From NCBI GenBank assembly GCA_041736305.1, contig JBGSTX010000025.1:493-64492 (forward strand): DNA of 64,000 bases, read 5' to 3'. This document shows positions 37,634 through 47,077 of this stretch, piece by piece (the first letter of the stretch is position 1; each line of letters opens with the position of its first letter). Both the position numbers and the translations under genes were made by a program. Source of the stretch: Oligoflexus sp. GTDB taxonomy: Bacteria > Bdellovibrionota_B > Oligoflexia > Oligoflexales > Oligoflexaceae. The notes below the pieces were generated by a model. It was given only the letters and a program-made list of their open reading frames with translations, had not been told where the DNA came from and ran no database searches.

Positions 37634-38467
37634 TCAATTAGGTAAGCGAGCCTGCAAATTTTTCAAAGGAAACTTGACGGGTTTAAATTGCTTGCCAGAT
37701 TCTGCAGAGAGTTCCTTCATCCACGTTTCTATTTTCTTGATCCGTTCTTCTGTAAGCGGGTGAGTCGAGAGGAAGTTTTCGATTTTCGCCATTCCATCAG
37801 TAGATGAGGCAGGCTTCTGTGCCGGATCTTGTAGACGCTGGAAAAATCTCACGAGACCGCTGGGATTGATTCCCGCCTTCACGAGATACTGAAAGCCAAC
37901 CTCGTCAGCCTCTGCTTCTTGCTTTCGAGAGAAACCATTCTGTAGAAGCTGCTGACTCTGCTGGATGAGAAAAGCCGCGAGTCCTCCCACATCCCCAACG
38001 ATAAAAGTCAGCGCCGCTGTGAGACTCAGGGTCTGTACCATCGACTTCAGTACGTGGCGCTCGGTCGCGTGAGCGATTTCGTGAGCAGCAACGCCGAGAA
38101 TTTCCTCAGGCGTCTCGGCGGCTTTGAGGAGGCCGACATTGAAAATGAGTGTGCCGCCAGGAATAGCGAAGGCATTCAGCGCTCTGTCTTTGCTAATCAC
38201 CAAGCGGATATTAGGTGAATTGATGCTGTTCGCTTCAATAAGCGGCTGAAGCAAAGCAGAAAGCATTTTGAGGGATTCTGGATCCTTTAGTATAGATTCC
38301 GGAGGCAGAACATTCGGAAGGACCTGCTCACCGATAGATTGCTCGAGAGTAAGCGGGATCTTGTCCACCAGCATGTCGAGAGCTTTGTCTTTGAGATCCA
38401 GCAAGCCGCAAGCTTGAAGCGTCAGGCAGAGGCAGAACATTCCGAAAAAACGTGGGAAGTTGGACAT
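37634..38467 (-). CDS. M48-family zinc metallopeptidase lipoprotein
   Basis: Lipobox LTLQAC. Zinc site AAHEIAHATERH (HExxH). Downstream acidic EAEADEVG. Confidence 0.8.
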   Translation of the reverse strand: MSNFPRFFGMFCLCLTLQACGLLDLKDKALDMLVDKIPLTLEQSIGEQVLPNVLPPESILKDPESLKMLSALLQPLIEANSINSPNIRLVISKDRALNAFAIPGGTLIFNVGLLKAAETPEEILGVAAHEIAHATERHVLKSMVQTLSLTAALTFIVGDVGGLAAFLIQQSQQLLQNGFSRKQEAEADEVGFQYLVKAGINPSGLVRFFQRLQDPAQKPASSTDGMAKIENFLSTHPLTEERIKKIETWMKELSAESGKQFKPVKFPLKNLQARLPN

Positions 38468-38509
38468 CGAGCAAGCTCCTATTGGTCCTCAATTTGCTAT
38501 CACGATGGC

Positions 38510-38752
38510 CTATCGCGGACCATCGTGCTCAAAGTAAAATCCCCGCCACTTGACGCGGATTAAACTGGTGTTGATGTCCTGAGTCACGTTTTTAACCTTC
38601 AGCTCTTCCATTTTCCTCTTTTCCCATTCTTGCGCGTCTTTCTTCTGCTGGAAGACCTCCGTTAGCTTCCAATTTCTCACATTCTTAAATTCGCGCTCAA
38701 GCTGCCATTTGCTGGTTTCAAAATCAGGTGTGATGCCAATGCGTGCTGCCAT
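38510..38752 (-). CDS. Small hypothetical protein
   Basis: The ATG at 38752 is preceded by AAAGGGGG. The product is 80 aa and charged, with no recognisable motif. Confidence 0.35.
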   Translation of the reverse strand: MAARIGITPDFETSKWQLEREFKNVRNWKLTEVFQQKKDAQEWEKRKMEELKVKNVTQDINTSLIRVKWRGFYFEHDGPR

Positions 38753-39011
38753 TTGTGCCCCCTTTGGTCGAGGCAAAGTCTAGCATTGGTGTCGTGATTC
38801 TGCTGTATGTCGCTATGGCTATACTAAGGCTATCCTTGCTTTTTCCTTGCCTAACTTGACTCATGCTGGTCTTGTTTTCTCGAGATACTTGGAGAGAGCA
38901 ATAGCCAAAAAACTGTTTACCGGATCTGCGAAGGCTTAAAAAACCGGCAGGCGCTAAGGCAAAAGCTGCACCTCCAGTCCTTAATGGATCCTTAAATCGG
39001 GAGATAAACTC

Positions 39012-39629
39012 ATGCAAACTCTACCCTCTCTTAGCGAACATAGTGAAGTTCTGGTGAGGCAGCGGCGAGAGCTTGCCGAGTTTATTGGCTTTGAAACTCG
39101 CAATAAGTACCAAATTCAAAGCAGCTCGGGCGAGGAGCTCGCCTTTGCTGCCGAACAAGGAAAGGGTATCTTAGGTTTTATTGGCCGTAGCTTTCTGGGA
39201 CACTGGCGCCGTTTTGAGATCCATTTTTTTGACCGTCAGCGACTGCCCTTTATGAAGGCGGAGCACCCTTTTCGCTTCTATTTTCATGAGCTCCTCGTTC
39301 GTGACACCAAAGGGCGCAAACTGGGCCTGATCAAGCGGCGCTTTGCGCTTTTGAGTAAGAGATTTGACGTGACGGATGCTCAAGATCAGCTACTTTTTGA
39401 GATTAATTCACCGATCTGGAAAATCTGGACCTTCCGCTTCATACGGGGAGGCCGCGAAATGGCTACAATCCAGAAGAAGTGGTCGGGGGTTTTTTTTGAA
39501 GCCTTTTCGGATAAGGATAAGTTTTTGGTGCAGTTTGCGGAGCGCGCCCTCCGCGAGGACGAACGGCGACTGATCCTTGCTGCGGCAATCTTTGTTGACC
39601 TAATGTATTTTGAAAAAAAGGCTGAATAG
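39012..39629 (+). CDS. Phospholipid scramblase / LURP-one (tubby-like) family protein
   Basis: Repeated beta-strand pattern FEIHFFDRQ...FRFYFHELLVRD...RFDVTDAQDQLLFEINSP...ATIQKKWSG is typical of the scramblase fold family. Confidence 0.55.
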   Translation: MQTLPSLSEHSEVLVRQRRELAEFIGFETRNKYQIQSSSGEELAFAAEQGKGILGFIGRSFLGHWRRFEIHFFDRQRLPFMKAEHPFRFYFHELLVRDTKGRKLGLIKRRFALLSKRFDVTDAQDQLLFEINSPIWKIWTFRFIRGGREMATIQKKWSGVFFEAFSDKDKFLVQFAERALREDERRLILAAAIFVDLMYFEKKAE

Positions 39630-39690
39630 CGGACTGATTAATTTGCCAGCCAAGCATAAAATGAACTCTCGCAAGAGCGTGAACTGGGGG

Positions 39691-40122
39691 ACGGTGCTTA
39701 TGGCGGAGCAAAATCAGGAAGCTGTGAGCTCAGTTTTGAATCTTTTTCACAAAGCGGCAAGCGAACATGATTTCCAGAAGTACTTTGGACTGATGAGTGC
39801 CGATGCGGTGTTTATCGGAACGGATGCTAAGGAGCGGTGGGATATCTCTGCGTTTAAAGCCTACGTGAAGCCGCACTTCGACAATGGCCAAGGATGGACC
39901 TATATCCTCAAAGAACGCCACATCAATTTCACGCCCGATCAAAAAGTGGCCTGGTTTGACGAAATTCTGGAGAATCCCAAGTACGGTACCTGCAGAGGAA
40001 GCGGAGTCCTAGTCAAGGAAGGTAAAGACTGGAAAATAAGCCAATACCATCTGACCATCCCAGTTCCAAATGAACTCGTTGATGGTCTCGTGAAAATGAT
40101 GAAGAGTCCACGGAACCCTTGA
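39691..40122 (+). CDS. NTF2-like (SnoaL/DUF4440-type) protein
   Basis: About 140 aa. The pattern F.....D.F..L...D..FIGTDA.ERW fits the NTF2-like fold. The start at 39691 avoids overlap with the preceding gene. Confidence 0.5.
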   Translation, partial: TVLMAEQNQEAVSSVLNLFHKAASEHDFQKYFGLMSADAVFIGTDAKERWDISAFKAYVKPHFDNGQGWTYILKERHINFTPDQKVAWFDEILENPKYGTCRGSGVLVKEGKDWKISQYHLTIPVPNELVDGLVKMMKSPRNP

Positions 40123-40165
40123 GTACCCGTGGACTTCTTTTTCACTTCCGCACTTAATTCTCGAC

Positions 40166-40528
40166 TTAGAAGCGCTCAGCGGGCGTAAGCGCCGACCACT
40201 TCCGAAGAGTCGCCTGGGTCGCTTTGAAAGGCGGCTTAAAGTAGACGAGTTTGTGCTCATCGAAGGCGATGACGCTTTGCTCGCGACTTATGCTCGCAAT
40301 TTTCACTTCCTGCGAGATGTGGCTCTTCAGGTCTTTCGGGCAGTTAACTTCATAGATAAATACCCGGCGGCCTTCTTTTTGAGCAAGCTCTGCAGCTTCC
40401 ATTACGACTTCATTCGTATGAATGCTGAGAATGCGGCCCTGACTGCCCCACTCATTAGCATAAACCTGAGGCTTCGGGGACCGACGATGCATAACGACGA
40501 TATAGAGATGCTCGCTCATGATTTCCAA
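40166..40528 (-). CDS. Hypothetical protein
   Basis: A 120-aa ORF with good coding look. I recognised no motif. Confidence 0.4.
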   Translation of the reverse strand: MEIMSEHLYIVVMHRRSPKPQVYANEWGSQGRILSIHTNEVVMEAAELAQKEGRRVFIYEVNCPKDLKSHISQEVKIASISREQSVIAFDEHKLVYFKPPFKATQATLRKWSALTPAERF

Positions 40529-41054
40529 CTCTTGAACATTATGTATGTAGGTGCTGCTCTCTCACCTATTATCGCACTTTAGATTAGGCAAGTTCTTCAC
40601 GGTCACGAAGATAATCGAAATGTTGGCTATAAGCTTATGAAAAATAGATCAAATCCCCAGGTAATCTTGAGGGGGTATCGGAGAACTGGCGGATTGTTTT
40701 CGATCTGCCTTGTCGATTTGATCTATGTCGTCTCTGAATTCGGCTGCTAAACAGGGGTAAAGACGCCTTTGTGGCCACACCCCCCCTCTTGTACGATGGC
40801 TGAGCTTGTCCCGAGCGACAGGATCACGATCGGCGCTTCTTGACCTTGGAATTTGTCTGCTTGGTGTTAGCTGCAAATTAAAGGGCGCCATTTTAGGTGG
40901 GTTCCCTCAGATAACCAAGATTTCCTTAAAAGCTAGGCATGCCTTCGAAGAGCTTCTATCCTGTCAAAGCCCGCTCTGAAATAGAAGCGGCTTCGGGTGC
41001 GTCGAGCATTTGATAGGCAAACTTGAATTGCTTTTTCACAAAAAGGGATTGTGA

Positions 41055-41471
41055 ATGAATACAAAAATTACCGTCGAAACAACGATTGCCAAGAATGTAG
41101 ATAAGGTTTGGTCCTTCTACAATACGCCGGCGCATATTATGAAGTGGAACTTTGCTTCAGACGACTGGCAATGCCCGCGTTCAGAAGTCGATCTGCGTAT
41201 CGGTGGCAAGATGAATTCGCGCATGGAAGCGAAGGACGGTAGCTTCGGCTTTGACTTCGAAGGGACCTATGACGAAGTCGTACCGCAAAAGAAAGTCGCC
41301 TATTCGATGTCTGACGGTCGCAAGGTCGTGACGACTTTCGAAACCCTTGGTTCGAAGACCAAAGTAACGACTGTTTTTGATGCAGAGAATGAGCATCCCG
41401 TCGATTTTCAAAAGGCAGGTTGGCAAGCCATACTTGAGAACTTCAAGAAGTACGCTGAATCCCGAGACTAA
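41055..41471 (+). CDS. SRPBCC / Aha1-domain protein
   Basis: VDKVWSFYNTPAHIMKWNF...GFDFEGTYDEVVPQKKVAY...GWQAILENFKKY matches the Aha1-like SRPBCC pattern. Confidence 0.7.
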   Translation: MNTKITVETTIAKNVDKVWSFYNTPAHIMKWNFASDDWQCPRSEVDLRIGGKMNSRMEAKDGSFGFDFEGTYDEVVPQKKVAYSMSDGRKVVTTFETLGSKTKVTTVFDAENEHPVDFQKAGWQAILENFKKYAESRD

Positions 41472-41513
41472 GAATCTCAAGGAATGGCTTTCATGGTAAC
41501 TCCAAGGGTTTGT

Positions 41514-41534
41514 AGCCGGAGGTTCCGGTTTTAT
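41514..41534 (+). terminator. Rho-independent terminator
   Basis: AGCCGGA-GGT-TCCGGTT hairpin followed by TTAT. Confidence 0.5.
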
Positions 41535-41633
41535 CGAGCCGAACCTACGGCTGACTTGCCTGGGAGTGAACTCGTTTAAGTTAAAAAGTAATGATGCTAT
41601 TTGCTACGAAAGCCTGTACCTGGAGATTAACTC

Positions 41634-42851
41634 TCAGATGCGAGGACCGAAAAACTCAAAGTGGATGTTCTCAGAAGCCACTCCGCGCTTCAGAAGCTCG
41701 CTCTGCACTCCCGCTATAAAGACCTCAGGTCCGCAGATGTAGTACTCAGCTGCCGCGTTAAGGTTCAAGGAATCCAGGAATCGTCCATCGACCAAACCAG
41801 CGCTAGAGCGACCCTCAGACTTCTCCAGCTTGCTGCGAGCTTCACTGTAGCGGTAGTACAGTCTCAGATTGAGGTGCTGGCCTGCCAACGTCTCCATCGA
41901 TTCCCGAAAAGCTTGGACCTGCTGATTCCGCACTGCATGAACGAGCGTGACCTCTCGATCTGCTTTCTCAGCGAGAGCGGTGGCTAGCATACTATAGATA
42001 GGAGTAATCCCAACTCCAGCGCTTAGGAATACGAGCGGCACCGAATTATCGGCTTTTGGGTCTAGGATAAACTCTCCACACGGAGCCGCTACTTCCACAG
42101 TTGAACCCACTTCGACCGCGCTGTGCAAATAGTGAGACACGTAGCCGACGGGATCCTGGGGAGCCAGGCCGTCTTCCCGCTTGACGCTGATGCGGAACCA
42201 AGGTTTGCCGGGCTGGTCCGAGAGACTGTAATTCCTCATGGTCGTGAACTTGCCATCCCGAGTGGGGACGCGCAGGGTTATGTACTGGCCCGCTTTAAAC
42301 CGTGGCAGCTGCGTCCCATCACTTGATATGAGGTAGAACGAAGTGATCACTTCCGACTCGCGTTCTTTGCGAATCACGCGAAAGGTTTTGAAATCCGCCC
42401 AACCTCCAGGAGCCTGGAGCTGCTGATCGTAAATTTGACCCTCACGCGACGTGAGGATACCCGCTAAGAACCCGTAGGCTTCGGACCAGGCGTTGATGAC
42501 CTCATCGCTAGCTAAGGTCCCTAGAACCTCGCGAATTGAGGCGAGCAGGTTCTCTCCTACTATGGGGTAGTGTTCCGGTTTTACCTGCAGCGAAGCGTGT
42601 TTTTGAGCGATCAATTCAACGGCCGATCCTAGCATTTCGAGTCGGTCGATATTTGCGGCATAGGCGCAGATTGCGGCCGCGAGAGCTTTCTGCTGACGGC
42701 CCTCTCGCTGGTGAGCCTGATTGAAATAGGGTATCACTTCGGGATTATGGGTAAACATGCGCTTATAGAAATGTCGCGTTAAGGCTTCAGCCTGGTCGGC
42801 GATGATGGGTGCGGTAGCTTTCACTGTATCGATGGTTTTTGCGCTTAACAT
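41634..42851 (-). CDS. hmp: NO-detoxifying flavohemoglobin
   Basis: The globin N-terminus MLSAKTIDTVKATAPII...FYKRMF..NPEV..YFNQ...QQKALA is followed by an FNR-like domain (RNYSLS FAD site, GVGITP NAD site). RBS is GAGGGAG. Confidence 0.9.
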   Translation of the reverse strand: MLSAKTIDTVKATAPIIADQAEALTRHFYKRMFTHNPEVIPYFNQAHQREGRQQKALAAAICAYAANIDRLEMLGSAVELIAQKHASLQVKPEHYPIVGENLLASIREVLGTLASDEVINAWSEAYGFLAGILTSREGQIYDQQLQAPGGWADFKTFRVIRKERESEVITSFYLISSDGTQLPRFKAGQYITLRVPTRDGKFTTMRNYSLSDQPGKPWFRISVKREDGLAPQDPVGYVSHYLHSAVEVGSTVEVAAPCGEFILDPKADNSVPLVFLSAGVGITPIYSMLATALAEKADREVTLVHAVRNQQVQAFRESMETLAGQHLNLRLYYRYSEARSKLEKSEGRSSAGLVDGRFLDSLNLNAAAEYYICGPEVFIAGVQSELLKRGVASENIHFEFFGPRI

Positions 42852-42888
42852 ATATCGGCTCCCTCTTGCTTGCTTCAACTGATATATT

Positions 42889-42903
42889 TCAAGTTAGAGG
42901 CCA
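42889..42903 (-). promoter_or_regulatory. Candidate sigma54 (-24/-12) promoter of hmp
   Basis: The minus strand reads TGGCCTCTAACTTGA. This is TGGC-N7-TTGA against the consensus TGGCAC-N5-TTGC, with correct GG to TTG spacing and the -12 GC weakened to GA. It is 38 nt upstream of the hmp ATG. Confidence 0.45.
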
Positions 42904-42941
42904 TATTTATAATCAATAATTACGATAACTTATTGAATCGT

Positions 42942-43002
42942 GTTGTAGAAAACACAACGGGCCTCGTTGTGTTTTTCACAACATCGTTATAGATTTCACA
43001 AC
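42942..43002. promoter_or_regulatory. Three NorR-type enhancer boxes (GT-N7-AC cores inside GTTGT-N7-ACAAC inverted repeats)
   Basis: GTTGTagaaaacACAAC (42942-42958), GTTGTgtttttcACAAC (42966-42982) and GTTATagatttcACAAC (42986-43002). All lie in the hmp-norR intergenic region. Confidence 0.7.
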
Positions 43003-44562
43003 ATGGAAACACGTGAACGCTACATACTAGACCTCGCCCTCAACCTGACCAGTGCTACGGGTACGACCGATCGCTTCGATAGGCTTCTAGCTATCTTCAT
43101 TAAAATTCTAGGCTGCGATGCCGCCTGTCTTTTCCGCAAGCAGGGCGAGACCCTGATTCCTCTTAGCACCTATGGACTCTCGCCAGAGGTCCTCTATCGG
43201 ACCTTTCCTTTGGCCGAACATCCCAGGCTTCAGAAGCTTGTCCGCGAACGAGAGCCTTTTGTCTTTCCGCATGACAGTGAGCTTCAGGATCCATTTGACG
43301 GCCTTCTTGTCAGCGATCGTTCCGCTAGTCTTGACGTCCACTCTTGTCTGGGTTGCTCGCTGCTGGTTGATGGTGAGGTTCTGGGAATTCTGACCGCAGA
43401 TTCTCTTCAAGCGCATCATTTCGAGGCTGTTGATCGCGAGCTACTGACGATGATAGCAGCTCTGGCCGGCGCGACACTGCGTACGGCGCTGCTGATCGAT
43501 AAGCTCGAGCAAAATATGGCTGATCAAAAATCGCTGACCCAGACCCTGCTCAATGAGACCAGCTCCCATAGAGATTTCAAATTAATCGGCAAAAGCCCTG
43601 TCATGGCAAGGGTGAATGAGGCAATTGAAACAGTCGGCCCCTCGAATCTATCGATCCTCATTACGGGTGAAACGGGAACCGGCAAAGAATTGGTGGCTCG
43701 ACAAGTTCACCTGCAAAGTCCTCGCAAGAACAAAGCGCTCATCTACGTGAACTGTGCCGCGTTGCCAGAATCCCTCGCTGAAAGCGAACTCTTCGGACAC
43801 AAGAAAGGGGCTTTCACTGGCGCCACACAGGATCGGATCGGCAAGTTCGAACTTGCCGAAGATGGGACTATCTTCCTCGATGAAATTGGTGAGCTGCCTC
43901 TGTCTATTCAGCCCAAGTTGCTGCGTGTTTTGCAAGAAGGGGAAATCCAGCGGGTGGGTTCCGATGCAATGAAGCGGGTCAATATCAGGGTTCTTGCGGC
44001 TACCAATCGCGATTTGAGGCGAGAAATCGAAGCTGGTAAATTTCGCTCTGATCTCTATCACCGTCTAAACGCCTATCCGATTCATCTGCCCCCGCTCCGC
44101 GAGCGAGAGGGGGATGTGACGATTCTTGCAGCTCACTTCTGCGAAATCTTGCAAAGAAAGCTTGGAACGCCTCCCGTGCGACTTGACGAGAGTGCGAACG
44201 GGGCACTCAAGCGTGCTTACTGGCCAGGGAATGTGAGGGAGCTGAAGAATGTATTGTCCCGCTCGATTCTGAACGCAGCGCGGAAACAAGGCCCAGCTAA
44301 GGTTGTCTTGCTGACTGCTGCCGACATCGAAGTCTTGATCGCGCCAGATGCAGGGGCCTGGGCTCCTGGGGATGTGATCAAGAAGGAGCCGAGTAGCCTC
44401 AAGCTCAAAGAGGCGACCCAAGAATTTCAGAGTTCCTACATCGTTGAGATGCTGCACCGCCACGGTCATAACTGGGCACAAACAGCAAAAGCCCTGGGTC
44501 TCCACCGATCGAATCTTCATCACCTGGCGAAGCGTCTAGGGCTGCTCGGCGCTATCGAGTAG
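43003..44562 (+). CDS. norR: Sigma54-dependent NO-responsive transcriptional activator NorR (GAF, AAA+, HTH)
   Basis: The N-terminal GAF is collinear with my memory of E. coli NorR (DRFDRLL..., [15 protein letters not shown]). AAA+ motifs are [14 protein letters not shown] and ESELFGH. The C-terminal HTH is [25 protein letters not shown]. Confidence 0.85.
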   Translation: METRERYILDLALNLTSATGTTDRFDRLLAIFIKILGCDAACLFRKQGETLIPLSTYGLSPEVLYRTFPLAEHPRLQKLVREREPFVFPHDSELQDPFDGLLVSDRSASLDVHSCLGCSLLVDGEVLGILTADSLQAHHFEAVDRELLTMIAALAGATLRTALLIDKLEQNMADQKSLTQTLLNETSSHRDFKLIGKSPVMARVNEAIETVGPSNLSILITGETGTGKELVARQVHLQSPRKNKALIYVNCAALPESLAESELFGHKKGAFTGATQDRIGKFELAEDGTIFLDEIGELPLSIQPKLLRVLQEGEIQRVGSDAMKRVNIRVLAATNRDLRREIEAGKFRSDLYHRLNAYPIHLPPLREREGDVTILAAHFCEILQRKLGTPPVRLDESANGALKRAYWPGNVRELKNVLSRSILNAARKQGPAKVVLLTAADIEVLIAPDAGAWAPGDVIKKEPSSLKLKEATQEFQSSYIVEMLHRHGHNWAQTAKALGLHRSNLHHLAKRLGLLGAIE

Positions 44563-44564
44563 AC

Positions 44565-45398
44565 TCAAAATTTGGACACTAAGTCTTCTGCTAACTGATT
44601 CACTAAGTCTTCATCTATGAGGAAGCGAAGATGGCCACCGATAGTATTAGGATGATCTGGATAATGAATTTCGCGATTCATGATCAGATTTTGTGAATCA
44701 TACATAGGACCCGAGTGGAGATACTTGGCCCTGCTTTGATAGTAGTTATGCCAGTTGTTCTGGGCTTTCCCGAGGATTTCATCGAGATTCGATTGACTAA
44801 AATCCTGTGGTGCTTTGTGGCATTCACCATCGTACTTTTGATTTTGAGTATCTTTTGCGAGTACATCAGGAGTGCAGTTCCTGCGGCTGATAGGGTCGAG
44901 CGTCGCAAGATAACGAACCGGATATTTCTTAGCTAATTGCTGCATAAAATACATTGCGGTCCATCCCCCGTAGGAATGACCTACCACAGCTAGCACTGGA
45001 TTGGGGAGGCGGCTCAGGTCTAAGAAAATGCGCTCTAACATTTCATCGACCGTGCTTTTGCTACGTGTATTTTTACCTGAGAGATTTGATGTGTAGTAAA
45101 TGGGTCCTGGGTCGGGACTATAGCAGCTCATGACCAATCCGATATTTTTTTCGGACTTTTTCTGCAGCCGCTCATGAAGTCGTAACGCTATACCTAAAAT
45201 GGGGCCTACAGCTGTCTCGTAATAGAGGGGCGACCAATCGCTCAAGTCCTGGGGATTTTGTCCGCAGCTGAAATAACCGCCCATCGCTATGAGGACAGGA
45301 GTGATTGAGCCGCTCTTTTCAGCAGCTACACCCGGCGTCGGCTGGCTCAAAAAGATGCTGGCGCTTAATACCGCCAGGATAAAGCGGGGTAGCTTCAT
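44565..45398 (-). CDS. Secreted alpha/beta-hydrolase (lipase/esterase-like)
   Basis: Signal peptide MKLPRFILAVLSASIFLS and nucleophile elbow VVGHSYGGW. Confidence 0.6.
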   Translation of the reverse strand: MKLPRFILAVLSASIFLSQPTPGVAAEKSGSITPVLIAMGGYFSCGQNPQDLSDWSPLYYETAVGPILGIALRLHERLQKKSEKNIGLVMSCYSPDPGPIYYTSNLSGKNTRSKSTVDEMLERIFLDLSRLPNPVLAVVGHSYGGWTAMYFMQQLAKKYPVRYLATLDPISRRNCTPDVLAKDTQNQKYDGECHKAPQDFSQSNLDEILGKAQNNWHNYYQSRAKYLHSGPMYDSQNLIMNREIHYPDHPNTIGGHLRFLIDEDLVNQLAEDLVSKF

Positions 45399-45462
45399 GA
45401 AAATTGCCCTCTTTGATTGGTGAAGGCCATTTTACCATGAGCTCTAGTCCCGAGAAAACAAT

Positions 45463-46311
45463 CTAAATCGCTACCTGTGCGAAAAGACTCGCTGCTTGAG
45501 CCTTCAAACCATTACAATCAAGAGCTGCGGGTAATCTCTTCATATTGACAAAGCTTTCATTCGGAAGAGTTTCTACGCTCGGTGTGATGGCAGTGAAGAG
45601 AGGATTGCTTGCACCAAGAGTATACTGCTCTTGCTTCCAGTCGACTCTTCCGCTGATTAGATTGTCTGATTCGACTTTTGCCGATTCCTGCCAAAAGGTT
45701 CGCTGGGCTACGTAGAGATCACCTTCTACGGTGATAATGACCTGGGCTTTGACCTTGACCGTTACCCCGATTTGACCATCACGATCCTGGTCTATCACGC
45801 GCGCATCGTTCTTGTCCCTGGGGAGGCTGTCTTGAAATGGATTACTCAGCTGCGCACCCAGTACCTCGACGCCGTCCTTTAGATTTAGGCTCTGTCCACC
45901 TTCATCGAATGTATAAGTGTACCGACGAGTTTGGAAAGCATTAATGATCGCTGCGGGGAAGCTTATGCTCGAAGCGCCTGAGTTGAGTGTGCTTACATCG
46001 CAGATGCGTTCTTCGGCTTGTATACCAGCCGCAGAATTTTTCAAATTTACGATGCTTAACCGAACGACTTTGGTCTTTGATTTTGTACCTGCTGCCCTCG
46101 CCTCGGAACTTAGTATGAATTGCTTCGCCCAGGTTCCGCTCAAAGTGTCAGGTTTTAGAGCTTTGAGGTTGGCCGTGTCGGCAGATTGACCACAGCTTAG
46201 CGATAGCGCCAGTGGCAGGCTGAGAATAGACATCTTTGCTAGATTGTAAGTGGCTTTGGTTTGCATTTTTTTCCTTAGTTTCTTGTAGGCGGGTCTGCCG
46301 TTAGCGCTCAT
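45463..46311 (-). CDS. Lipoprotein of unknown function
   Basis: Lipobox LALSLSCGQ. An alternative start at 46266 (MQTKAT) is possible. Confidence 0.5.
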   Translation of the reverse strand: MSANGRPAYKKLRKKMQTKATYNLAKMSILSLPLALSLSCGQSADTANLKALKPDTLSGTWAKQFILSSEARAAGTKSKTKVVRLSIVNLKNSAAGIQAEERICDVSTLNSGASSISFPAAIINAFQTRRYTYTFDEGGQSLNLKDGVEVLGAQLSNPFQDSLPRDKNDARVIDQDRDGQIGVTVKVKAQVIITVEGDLYVAQRTFWQESAKVESDNLISGRVDWKQEQYTLGASNPLFTAITPSVETLPNESFVNMKRLPAALDCNGLKAQAASLFAQVAI

Positions 46312-46619
46312 CTTTTAGCAGAAAAGACGCACCTTGGCCAATTCCTTTATTGAGATTCGAGTTACTGATAATGGTTGTGGTGTGTCTGAAGCTAGTGAGC
46401 TGATCAGGATCGTGTACTGACTGTGGGCGAGTTTTTCAGTGGAGTTGGTGCTGGAAAAATTAAGAGGAGTGATGCAAGCGCCCAGGCAATTATTGGAGCG
46501 TCCTGGCTTACTTAAGTCATGTATCCATGACAACCTGCGCGCAAGAAAAAAAACGCCTTCGCTTCATTTTAATTTATATAAGTATTTAATATAAAAGAGA
46601 TAAAATTTTTATGTAAAGG

Positions 46620-46648
46620 TTGACAGGGTTTCCTCCGATCTTTATATT
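46620..46648 (+). promoter_or_regulatory. Sigma70-type promoter of the arsR-SRPBCC operon
   Basis: TTGACA (46620-46625), a 17-nt spacer, then TATATT (46643-46648), preceded by an AT-rich UP-like tract. Confidence 0.65.
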
Positions 46649-46655
46649 TAACTGG

Positions 46656-46671
46656 ATGGTTAATTAACCAT
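46656..46671. promoter_or_regulatory. Perfect 16-bp palindromic operator, probably the ArsR-family autoregulatory site
   Basis: ATGGTTAATTAACCAT lies immediately downstream of the -10 and 10 nt before the ATG at 46682. Confidence 0.6.
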
Positions 46672-46681
46672 GAGGTTATAT

Positions 46682-47077
46682 ATGAGTGACCGTCTATCCC
46701 AAACTTTCGCAGCCTTAGCGGATCCAACCCGCAGGGCCATACTCGTCCGTCTTTCGCAGGGTGAGGCGAACGTTTCGGTTTTGGCCGAACCTTTCCTCGA
46801 GGAGATGAGCCTTCCTGCTGTCACGAAGCATCTTAAGGTTCTGGAGAAGGCGGGTCTGATTAGCAAAGGCAAAGAAGCCCAGTGGCGTCCTTGTCGGCTG
46901 AATGGAGAGGCTCTAAGGCCGGCTGCAGACTGGATGGAGCAGTATCGTGTGTTCTGGGAAGAGAGCTTGGACCGGCTCGGTGAATATTTGAAAACAGTGG
47001 TCGCCGAAGAACAGAAGAATCAAGAAGGTACCAAGAAGAAAGGAAAATATCGTGAACGTAAAAAGAAAAGCGAATGA
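46682..47077 (+). CDS. ArsR/SmtB-family winged-helix transcriptional regulator
   Basis: FAALADPTRRAILVRLSQGEANVSVLAEPF..SLPAVTKHLKVLEKAGLI is the canonical ArsR HTH block. No obvious metal-binding Cys pair is present. Confidence 0.85.
   Translation: MSDRLSQTFAALADPTRRAILVRLSQGEANVSVLAEPFLEEMSLPAVTKHLKVLEKAGLISKGKEAQWRPCRLNGEALRPAADWMEQYRVFWEESLDRLGEYLKTVVAEEQKNQEGTKKKGKYRERKKKSE

Noticed and set aside
38724-39017. 97-aa minus-strand ORF between the small hypothetical gene and the scramblase gene.
   Set aside because: It overlaps the better-supported 38510-38752 gene start region and the scramblase start. It has no RBS and poor composition.
40649-40891. 80-aa minus-strand ORF in the long intergenic gap.
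   Set aside because: The translation is Arg/Pro/Ser-rich with no start context or hydrophobic core. It is unlikely to be coding.
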